Source of the DNA: a virus
Taxonomy: Duplodnaviria > Caudoviricetes
Strand: one strand, 5' to 3'
IMG/VR virus record: IMGVR_UViG_3300011437_000015
Span: 1-39,549 of that record
Length of the DNA stretch: 39,549 bases
The notes below the pieces were generated by a model. It was not told the origin of the DNA. It ran no database searches and saw only the letters and a list, made by a program, of their open reading frames with translations. Below are positions 25,489 to 33,493 of the stretch, piece after piece. A program made the translations under genes and the position numbers. Numbering within the stretch: the first letter of the stretch is position 1; the number at the start of each line of letters is the position of its first letter.

Positions 25489-26367
25489 CTACCTCCAAAC
25501 CGTTTCGATTGTGCCGACCAGCGGGGACGAAGCCAGCGAGCCAGCGACGCCCTGCCCCAGCAACCCGAGGAATGCGCCGTCCTGAATCTGGATCATTCCC
25601 GGCCGCCCTCTGACCGCTTCTTTTTCTATGGCCGTGCCGATGCCAGCAACCGCGCACGACTCCAGCGTCTGGGTTTGCTCCAGCGGCTTGACCAGCACAA
25701 CACAACACAGCCCGCCATTGGCGACCGAAAAGTTAACGGAGTCCACTTGCTTCACGCCTTTGACGCCGGCCTGAAGCGGAACAAATGGAGTCAGCCCGCC
25801 CGTTCCAAGCACCGCACTAACCACGGTTCCAGCCGGTTGCGCCGTACCGCAGAACATCGACGTCGTGGTCTGTTGCGTATCGGTCGTATCGGTGTAGGTG
25901 ATGGTGAACCGGCCGCCGCCTACCGTGGGCGACTGCGAGATGACCATCATCTGCACGCCCACTCCGTCCACATAACGCTGCAGAGTAGTGCTTTGCGTCA
26001 TGGTCTGGTCTTCGCCCGCTGCATCCATGTCAACGAACGGGTAATAGAGCAGGTAGTCCAGCAGGTACATCGGTTGCGTGCTCGACGTGGCTCCGGCGGA
26101 CATCACGGTCAATCGGTGCAGGAACTGCCTTTGCCCGCTGGCCATGCGCGGGACGATGATGCCTTTGTCGTATTCGAGCCGCGCCGCCTCGAGCGGTGAA
26201 GCAGCGTAGTAATTCGGGATCGGGTTACCACTCGCGTAGCTGTAGTCCAGCCACTGCCCGGTGACCGTCGCCGCGGCGGATGGCACCTTGCGGAACGTGC
26301 TGATCCAGGTGCGGCCGTCATCCACCAATGACAAACCCAACTCGCGCAGGTTGGCAAACCCGGCCAT
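25489..26367 (-). CDS. Module B: beta-rich virion accessory protein (MAGF paralog 1)
   Basis: Paralog of the adjacent gene; translationally coupled to the upstream gene. Confidence 0.75.
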   Translation of the reverse strand: MAGFANLRELGLSLVDDGRTWISTFRKVPSAAATVTGQWLDYSYASGNPIPNYYAASPLEAARLEYDKGIIVPRMASGQRQFLHRLTVMSAGATSSTQPMYLLDYLLYYPFVDMDAAGEDQTMTQSTTLQRYVDGVGVQMMVISQSPTVGGGRFTITYTDTTDTQQTTTSMFCGTAQPAGTVVSAVLGTGGLTPFVPLQAGVKGVKQVDSVNFSVANGGLCCVVLVKPLEQTQTLESCAVAGIGTAIEKEAVRGRPGMIQIQDGAFLGLLGQGVAGSLASSPLVGTIETVWR

Positions 26368-26777
26368 TACTCGGCCGTGATCGTCAGGTCGCCAATGGCG
26401 AACTGCGGCTGGATGTTCTGCGATACATCGAGATTCGCCGACAGTGCCGCAATGATGCCAAGAGCAATCGCTCCGTTTGCCGTATCTACCACGACTGCGG
26501 TGGTGACGGTCTGCGTGGCGCCAGCATCAGTTCGCTTGCCGAACTGGATCAGTCCTGAATTGGTGAAGCTCGACCCGCCATCGGTCCATGCCGTGGCCTT
26601 GGTCAGCGCCACCCTGGCATAGCCGGTGTAGGTGCACTCGTTGGCGATCGGTGCCGCTTCGCTGACGGACCCGGTACAGAGTGCCAGGTACTGCGTTGCG
26701 CCCGCGCGCCAGGAGGGGTCTACACCCTTCAGGGCCATTTCAAGGACATCGTTTTCCGTTGCGTCGCTCATGCTCAT
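26367..26777 (-). CDS. Module B: small fibre-subunit-like protein (YTGYARVA family)
   Basis: 'ENDVL...YLAL...ECTYTGYARVA...IQFG...QPQFAIGDLTIT'; paralog of 36292..36969. Confidence 0.7.
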   Translation of the reverse strand: MSMSDATENDVLEMALKGVDPSWRAGATQYLALCTGSVSEAAPIANECTYTGYARVALTKATAWTDGGSSFTNSGLIQFGKRTDAGATQTVTTAVVVDTANGAIALGIIAALSANLDVSQNIQPQFAIGDLTITAE

Positions 26778-26789
26778 GGTGCTGGGCTC

Positions 26790-28934
26790 CTAGCTGTACG
26801 TTGTGACGCTCTCGACCAGATCGCCGGCCGGGTTGCGCTTGTGCGTGGTCTTGCTGTCTTGCTGGTTGAGGGTGGCCTCGATCGTCGGCGCGATATTCAC
26901 CTCGGGCGCGGCGACGTTGACTACCGGGGCAGCCACATTGATGACGGGCGCCAGCTGCTCGGCCGCGCGCACGTTGACCACCGGCGACGGCAGGGTCGCC
27001 TCGAACGTGACGTGCGACTCGGGCACGTTGACGGTGAACTCGGCCGGTGGCACGTTGACGGTGATCGGTGTGGCTTCGATCCGCACTTCGGGCGCGGCCA
27101 CATTGACCACCGCCGGGGCCTGCTCGATGCGCACTTCGGCCGGGGCGACGTTGACGATGGTGCGCTCGACGGTGACAGCGGGCGGGCTGTTGTGCACGGC
27201 GATGGCGCCGGGCTCGATCACCATGCTCACCGGCTGGGCCGGCGGCACCATGCGCAGCACCGACTGCAGGTCAAGCTGCCGCTCGAGGCGGCTGACCTGG
27301 TCGCGCAGCGCCTTGCGCTCGGCGGCGACTTCGGGGTCTTCGGCTGGCGCGGGGTCTTCGGGCTCCGGCGCGGGCTCGGCCGGCGCCGCGGCGGCGGGCT
27401 CGGGCTTGTTGTAGACCTCGGGGTCGGTGTCGAACACCAGGCCTTTTTCCTTGGCGGCGGCCAGTTCGCGCTCGCGAGTTTCGTCAATGTCTTCGACATC
27501 CAGCCCGCCGGCGGTGGCGGCGATGACATCCGTGCGGGTGGTCAGCCCAGCCATGATGGCGGCCTTGTAGGCTTCGACCTCTTTGGTCGGGTCGACCCAG
27601 CCCCAGCCGCGCGGCTTGAACTTGACGGCCTCGTGGCGCTCGGTGTCGGTGGCGTAGGCCTCGACGCCGATGGTGCTGACGGCGCGCGACAGCACGGCGG
27701 CCTGCAGCCACTGCCGATGCAGCGGTTCGCGGAAGCTGCGCAGCCACCAACTCTGCAGCACGCGCCATAGGTCGCGGTCGTCCAGCAGCGCCAGGCGGCT
27801 GGAACTGTAGTTGCTCTGCGAGTAATCGCGCGACAGGCTCTCGTAACTCGGGCCGGTGCCGGCGGCGACTTCGCGCAGCATGTAACGCATGAACGGGTCG
27901 AGCGCGGTATTGGGCCGCGTCGGGTTGGCCATGTTCAGCTTCTGGCCGGGGTCGAGCTTCATGCCGAGGCCGGGCTCGACGGTGAACTGGTCGCCGCCGT
28001 CGGGCTGGGTGGTGCCCACCGGCGCGGCGGCGTTGTCGAGCGGCGCGTCGGGATTGGCCGGGTCTTGCTCGATGGCAAACAGCACATTGGCGGCGGCGCG
28101 GGCGGCGTAGATCTCGGCCTCGCTGTAACCGTCCATGTCGTTCAGCTTGCGCAGCACGGCGTGCAGCCACGGCTCGCCGCGCGTCTGCGGCCAGCGCTCG
28201 ACAATGCGCAGGTGGAAGATCTGGTCGGCGGGCACGCGCTCGTAACGGTCACTGCCGCCGGCGTTGTCGCGGATGTCGCCCGGATGGCGCTCGCGAATCC
28301 AGTAGGCCACCGGACGAAAGAAGCGATCGACCTCCACGCCCATCCGCACCATGGTGCTGGCGTTGAGCGGGCCGGGCTGCGCGAACTCATCGGCCAGGCG
28401 TTCGGCCTCGATCAGCTCGAGCGCGAACGGCACGCGCGAGGCGCCGAAGGCCCGGTAGTGCTTGCGGATGATGACCTCGCCGGCCTCGAACACCTGGCGC
28501 ATGGCGGCGCGTTCCATGTCGGCAAAATGGAAAGTCCCGCCGGTGTGGCAGTTCTCGGCGCGCGACCAGAGGCCCCACTGGCTTTCGATCTCGGCGTTGA
28601 TGCGCTCGGAAAAATCCTCGCGCGTGGTCTTGACCTGCGCCTGCATGCCAACGCCCTGGCCGATGACGTTGTTGACGACGATCTGGCAGGCGCGCTTGGC
28701 ATAGGGCGCATCACGCAGCAGCTGGCGGCTGCGTGAACGCAGGGAAGTGAGCGAGAGGTGCAGCTCGGCATCGGCGCTGCTGTTGCCGGTGCCGAAGCCG
28801 GCGGTCATGTACGAGCCGCGCGCACCCTGGTAGGTGCGCATGCCGTTGCCGGGCGCAGCACGCCGGGCCACCGACGCGCCACTGCCCAGCAGCCAGCGGC
28901 CGAGGCGCGCGCGCAGCGAAGTGGGATCAGACAC
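26790..28934 (-). CDS. Portal protein (lambda family) with long C-terminal extension
   Basis: 'LRSRSRQL', 'QTRGEPWL', 'DYSQSNYSSSRLALL' and 'WVDPTKE'; about 200 extra residues with VNV repeats. Confidence 0.95.
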   Translation of the reverse strand: MSDPTSLRARLGRWLLGSGASVARRAAPGNGMRTYQGARGSYMTAGFGTGNSSADAELHLSLTSLRSRSRQLLRDAPYAKRACQIVVNNVIGQGVGMQAQVKTTREDFSERINAEIESQWGLWSRAENCHTGGTFHFADMERAAMRQVFEAGEVIIRKHYRAFGASRVPFALELIEAERLADEFAQPGPLNASTMVRMGVEVDRFFRPVAYWIRERHPGDIRDNAGGSDRYERVPADQIFHLRIVERWPQTRGEPWLHAVLRKLNDMDGYSEAEIYAARAAANVLFAIEQDPANPDAPLDNAAAPVGTTQPDGGDQFTVEPGLGMKLDPGQKLNMANPTRPNTALDPFMRYMLREVAAGTGPSYESLSRDYSQSNYSSSRLALLDDRDLWRVLQSWWLRSFREPLHRQWLQAAVLSRAVSTIGVEAYATDTERHEAVKFKPRGWGWVDPTKEVEAYKAAIMAGLTTRTDVIAATAGGLDVEDIDETRERELAAAKEKGLVFDTDPEVYNKPEPAAAAPAEPAPEPEDPAPAEDPEVAAERKALRDQVSRLERQLDLQSVLRMVPPAQPVSMVIEPGAIAVHNSPPAVTVERTIVNVAPAEVRIEQAPAVVNVAAPEVRIEATPITVNVPPAEFTVNVPESHVTFEATLPSPVVNVRAAEQLAPVINVAAPVVNVAAPEVNIAPTIEATLNQQDSKTTHKRNPAGDLVESVTTYS

Positions 28935-29556
28935 GGTTGATCCTCGTATGGATGATGCGCGGATCGGGCAGGCCGGTTTCAGCGCACTGCTTGCGATACT
29001 CGCGGTTGACGATCAACTGCCAGGCGTTGCGCGCGGTGAGCAGCGACTGCTGCGCCTCGTTCGCGGTGTCGTACTTCATCATGCGATCGCCGATGCGGTA
29101 CTCCACTGGTACCGACGAAGTGCCGGCATTGGCGGCCCGCACGGCGGCATTGGCGAGCGCGGCGGTGCAGTCGTCCAGCGCCTTCTGCGCCACGCTGCGG
29201 GTATCCGCCCCCTGGGCGATGGTGGCCGGGTCGGGCAGTACGGTCAGCTCGCCCTGGAACTGCGTGCCCTGCAGCACCTGGCGCGCGCCGGATTTTTCAA
29301 CCCAGCTGGCCCAGCCGTACAGGCCGGGAATCCAGTCGGCGGTGGTGGTGGGCGCGGCCTGGATGGCGTAGTCGTAGAGCTCGCCGTCGACGTCGATCGG
29401 GCCGAGCTGCGCGACGATGGTGATGGGCGTTTGCACCGGCGCGGTGAAGCGCGGCGTGTAGCGCATTTTCAGCGTCCAGCCGTCGGCCGGTGGATAGTCC
29501 GGCACGTTGACGCCGAAGTTGAGCGTGTCACCGACGTACAGGCGATTGGTGATCAT
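28927..29556 (-). CDS. Head completion / neck adaptor (gpW-like C-domain with extra N-terminal beta-sandwich)
   Basis: Immediately upstream of the portal. C-terminal 'VEYRIGDRMMKY' hairpin between helices; N-terminal 'YVGDTLNF...GLYGW...GELTVLPD'. Confidence 0.7.
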   Translation of the reverse strand: MITNRLYVGDTLNFGVNVPDYPPADGWTLKMRYTPRFTAPVQTPITIVAQLGPIDVDGELYDYAIQAAPTTTADWIPGLYGWASWVEKSGARQVLQGTQFQGELTVLPDPATIAQGADTRSVAQKALDDCTAALANAAVRAANAGTSSVPVEYRIGDRMMKYDTANEAQQSLLTARNAWQLIVNREYRKQCAETGLPDPRIIHTRINRV

Positions 29557-30818
29557 GGATCAGTGCTTCCGATCTTGGTCTTGCCGTTACCCAGCAACAC
29601 ACTGCCAACGCGCCGCTTGGCAGTCGCGACATTGACTGAGCCGACACGCCGCCGACCGAAGCCGATCAGAATGCTGCCCACCGCGGCGTTGACGCCGCGC
29701 ACCGACGCCATCGACGAGGCCGAGGCTTCGGCGATCGCCAGCGAGGTCTGCATCGCCGCCAGCGCCGACAGCGCGCTGATCTCGGCAGTGCGCACGACTT
29801 CGGCGACGGCTTCGCCGGCAACGTCGGCGGCGGTGGACGAACTACCGGCCGGGGCCGCCAGCGGGTAGCCGGAGGCATCGACCGCGTAGACGGCCGCTGC
29901 GGCACTGGCAGCGCCGGCCTGCGTGAACTGCGCGCTGCCGACAGCCTGGGCGTTGCTGGTGGCATCGGCAATGCCGAGCGCCGCGCCGGGGCTGAGCGAA
30001 CGGTCCTGGCCGGCGACCTGCGCGCCGGCCAACGCTGCGCCGGTTTCGGCCAGTGTGATGACGCCGACGGCCGTGCCGGTGACGCGCGCGCCAGCGCTGG
30101 CGGCGGCGGCGAAGACAACGACAGCGCGCAGCTGGCCGGTGATGACCGCGGCAGCAGCGGAACCCGCCGTAAAGCTCCACGCCAGCCGGCGCTCGCCGGT
30201 GGCTGCGCTGGTGGCGATGATCTCGCCCTGCAGCGTGGCCGCAGCACGCAGCGACAGCGGGATGCCGTAGTCGAGCGTAATGCCGGGCGGCTTGAAGTCG
30301 ACCGGCGGCGGCAGATCGAACACGCTGCGCGGCGGCGTGGCGTAGTCGCCAGCAATGCTGTAAACGCCAACACCACTGACCGCAGCGGTTGCGCTCGACA
30401 GGCCGTAGGGCACCGGGGTGGTGGAGCCCTCCAGCGCGAACCACGGCCGCCAGCTGCGGAACGCAGCCTCGCCACCGCTGGCGGCATTGCGGCCGGTGAC
30501 CTCGGCCGCGGCGCGTGCGGCACCGACACGCACGATGGTCTGCGTGCCGTAGCCGGTGACATCAGCGGCCGACTGCGACACGCCGACGAAAGCGCCCATG
30601 CCCTGCACCGCGAAATGGAAGCGGTACGAAACAATGGCGTCATTCAGCGACGCCGGGCCCTGGCCGGCGGCGAACGACTGGGCGAGCGCGGCGCCACTAT
30701 TGACGGCGGTGCTCGCGTTGACGGCGCTGGCGCTCGACGCCGCCGCTGCCGCGCCGTAGGGAGTGGGCGCGCCATCGAGGGCAATGAACGGCCAGTAGCC
30801 GCGAAAGCCCTCGGCCAT
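29553..30818 (-). CDS. Module A: Ala-rich repetitive scaffold-like protein
   Basis: 421 aa, very Ala-rich; duplicated 'F(R)xxWPF/WxALxG..PYG' motif; basic C-terminus. Confidence 0.7.
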   Translation of the reverse strand: MAEGFRGYWPFIALDGAPTPYGAAAAASSASAVNASTAVNSGAALAQSFAAGQGPASLNDAIVSYRFHFAVQGMGAFVGVSQSAADVTGYGTQTIVRVGAARAAAEVTGRNAASGGEAAFRSWRPWFALEGSTTPVPYGLSSATAAVSGVGVYSIAGDYATPPRSVFDLPPPVDFKPPGITLDYGIPLSLRAAATLQGEIIATSAATGERRLAWSFTAGSAAAAVITGQLRAVVVFAAAASAGARVTGTAVGVITLAETGAALAGAQVAGQDRSLSPGAALGIADATSNAQAVGSAQFTQAGAASAAAAVYAVDASGYPLAAPAGSSSTAADVAGEAVAEVVRTAEISALSALAAMQTSLAIAEASASSMASVRGVNAAVGSILIGFGRRRVGSVNVATAKRRVGSVLLGNGKTKIGSTDP

Positions 30819-30832
30819 GACTTACCTTTCGA

Positions 30833-31363
30833 TCAGGCCGGGTCGATGCCGACGATGGGGTCGGCCGAGGCGTTGGTCGTGACGGCGGCGGTCCAGGCCG
30901 ACGCGGTGTCGTCTTCCTTGGTGACCGTGAGCGTGCCAGCGGCCACCGATGTCTTGTTGCGCAGTACGCGCAGGGCGTTGCGTGGCGAGCGGGCGTTAGT
31001 ATCGGGCCCGGCCTCCATGCTCCTGTCTAGGTGATCGTCTGCGAATGCGTTGGTGTCGCCGGCCTCGAGCGGGTACAGCGTCAACACCGTGGTCTTGGCG
31101 CCGCTGGTGGTGGTCTTGACGATGACGGCGACACAGTCGGCGTTCATTTCGGCCGCCGTCAGGTCAAGGTAATACAGGCCGGAGGCCGTGGCGATCTCAG
31201 TGGCCTCGTTGGTGCAGTCGGCGAACGTGCCCTGGTCTTTGCTGACTTCGGAGTCGAGCGCGGCAGCGCCGGTGACCAGGTCGCCATCGGCATCGAGGAT
31301 CGGGAAGACGACGCGATAAGCGATGTTCTTGGCCGGGAAGTACTTTGCGTCAGAGGATGCCAT
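30833..31363 (-). CDS. Module A: adaptor-like protein
   Basis: Ig-like N-terminal part 'SGLYYLDLTAAEMN'; C-terminus similar to that of 23802..24578. Confidence 0.7.
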   Translation of the reverse strand: MASSDAKYFPAKNIAYRVVFPILDADGDLVTGAAALDSEVSKDQGTFADCTNEATEIATASGLYYLDLTAAEMNADCVAVIVKTTTSGAKTTVLTLYPLEAGDTNAFADDHLDRSMEAGPDTNARSPRNALRVLRNKTSVAAGTLTVTKEDDTASAWTAAVTTNASADPIVGIDPA

Positions 31364-32113
31364 TTACCAGACTCCACGATTGAGTGTTGCATAGCGAACG
31401 CCGCCGAGGCGCTTGCCGATGGGGTGGCCGGCGGCGCCGCCATAGTCCACATACGAATCATTGGCACCTGCAACCAACCCGACGCCAAGCGTCCAGCTAT
31501 TCCCAGATCCATCGGCGGTGTCATTGCCAGCGAGCACGCTGGCATCGCCCATCGGGCTGCCGCTGAACTTGTTGGCGGTGACGATGAAGGATGTCGCGGC
31601 GTGCTCTGCGTCAATTTCAGCAGTGCTGAGCACAGCCGACCATGACTTATAATTCGAGATCCGCATGCCGGCCGTCGCGCCACCACCGGCGTTGTCGTCG
31701 TAGAAGATGACCTCGTTGTAGACGGCCTCCCGGGCGCTCACATCCAGGGATGACGTTGCAATGTCGGTGCCGTTGACCCGCAGAATCAGACTGGTATCTG
31801 AGGTTCTCCGCGCTGAAACTCGATACCAGGTCGAAGCGCTTGGAGTCACGCTGGAAACCGCATCCGATGGCCCACCCGTAGAACTGACGGCCAACTTCCA
31901 CAGACCACCGCTGCTGCCGCGGATGGAGTCATACCGCGAGCCCAGTGAGGCACCGCTTCCCGCGCTGGTGGACCCGCTGATGCCCCACACGACATCGTTA
32001 GTGATGTTGGCATCGACGTAGATACTGAACAGCACGGTATAAGTGGCGTTGAAATCCAGTGTCGTGAGCCTTCGCCCCTCGCTGGTAGCGCCACCGCCTG
32101 CTTGGATCGACAT
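31364..32113 (-). CDS. Module A: ConA/LamG-like lectin-fold protein
   Basis: 'TWYRVSARR...LRVNG...ISNYKSWSAVLSTAEI' LamG-type motif. Confidence 0.65.
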   Translation of the reverse strand: MSIQAGGGATSEGRRLTTLDFNATYTVLFSIYVDANITNDVVWGISGSTSAGSGASLGSRYDSIRGSSGGLWKLAVSSTGGPSDAVSSVTPSASTWYRVSARRTSDTSLILRVNGTDIATSSLDVSAREAVYNEVIFYDDNAGGGATAGMRISNYKSWSAVLSTAEIDAEHAATSFIVTANKFSGSPMGDASVLAGNDTADGSGNSWTLGVGLVAGANDSYVDYGGAAGHPIGKRLGGVRYATLNRGVW

Positions 32114-32116
32114 AAT

Positions 32117-33493
32117 CTATACCCACGAAGATGAACGGATGGCCTGGACCGGAAGGCTCGGGCTGTCACTCATGATGATCGACTTTAGCGAGTGGACGTA
32201 GCGCGCCCGCCCGCCCCATGTCGGCTCGATGCGCCCACCGCGGCAGGCAAACGTGGTCGAACCGTCATGCTGGTTGATCGGCTCGCTGCTCCACGTCCAC
32301 GTTCCGGTTGACTCGCTGCCAACCGCTGGAGGCGTCAGCTTGTACAGTGTGCAAGCAGTGCCACCAGTGGCCCGCAGCAGGTAATACAGGCAGCCGTCAT
32401 AGTCACAGTAGTCGAGCTTGTCGTTAGCGCCGTTTGCATTGATGAGCATCGACACCGGAGCCGACCCGGTGATGTTTCCTGAACTGACCGTCGTCAGCGT
32501 GACACTGGTTCCTGGTGGAGAACTGGTGCCGTGCGTGTATCCATTCAGGTCAAGGTATCGAATCGTCACGGTAGACGGTGGAGTGGCCGCCAGCGTGACC
32601 ATGATCTTGCGCAGCGGCATGTAGACCAGGTTGCCGTAATTGTTCGAGTTGTTGATCGTCGGGTTGTTCAGCACCCCGCCCGAATTGGTCAGGTAGCTCC
32701 ACACAAAAGGACGGTTGCTGCCGGAGTTGGAAACCCATAGCAACTTGTTGAACGAGTCGTACTCGGCCGCCACTTCGATCTGGAACTGGTAGAAGGGAAA
32801 ATTGATCGCGCTCCACACATGCGTCTCAAGGTCGAACCTGAATATCTTGCCGTTGGCCGACAGCACGCGGATGCCGTTCATGTCGTGCCCCACCACGATC
32901 AGCGAGCCGTAAGTACCGCCCCCGGCATCCGGCGGCAGATAGGTGATGCCGCAGAGTGAATGAATTGGAAAAGGCTTCCACACCGTGGTCGAATTGCCAG
33001 TGACTTCGGTGCCGGCGTAGGCGTTGCCGAAACCGTCTTTAATGTAGTGGCCGGACAATCCCACCCGGTCGCTGACCGCGTCAGAATCCAGCGAATGCGT
33101 GCTATTCGATGAGGTTGGCCCGGTACTGGTTCGGTAGACGCCAGTGTTGTCTGGCTGCGAAAGCATTGCCCAGGTTCGATCGGCGATGTCATAGGCTACG
33201 ACCCCGTTCCCATCGTAGGCACCATTGCCGCCGCTGAAGAAAACCATGGAGCCCAACGCCCCAAGCGCGGAGGCGAAGGCGCCGCCGGCATAGGCAATCC
33301 AGGTGCCATCAAATCCATTGTTGGCGTGATAGACCTGATCGCCCAATCCATTCTCAGGATTGATCGTGCTGGCATTGGCCAGGCTGACATTCCTGAAAAA
33401 CGCCGGCGCCGGCAGCCATGACGCCACAGAAGCATCGACCACCACGGTCGTTGCCGTGCTGGTGGCGCGACGCGGGCCGGTATAGGCAGCCAT
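32117..33493 (-). CDS. Module A: beta-propeller-like cargo protein
   Basis: Start trimmed to ATG 33493. 'GGN.AYDGNGVVAYDIADRTW' and 'FRFDLETHVWS' blade-like motifs; lower GC. Confidence 0.65.
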   Translation of the reverse strand: MAAYTGPRRATSTATTVVVDASVASWLPAPAFFRNVSLANASTINPENGLGDQVYHANNGFDGTWIAYAGGAFASALGALGSMVFFSGGNGAYDGNGVVAYDIADRTWAMLSQPDNTGVYRTSTGPTSSNSTHSLDSDAVSDRVGLSGHYIKDGFGNAYAGTEVTGNSTTVWKPFPIHSLCGITYLPPDAGGGTYGSLIVVGHDMNGIRVLSANGKIFRFDLETHVWSAINFPFYQFQIEVAAEYDSFNKLLWVSNSGSNRPFVWSYLTNSGGVLNNPTINNSNNYGNLVYMPLRKIMVTLAATPPSTVTIRYLDLNGYTHGTSSPPGTSVTLTTVSSGNITGSAPVSMLINANGANDKLDYCDYDGCLYYLLRATGGTACTLYKLTPPAVGSESTGTWTWSSEPINQHDGSTTFACRGGRIEPTWGGRARYVHSLKSIIMSDSPSLPVQAIRSSSWV

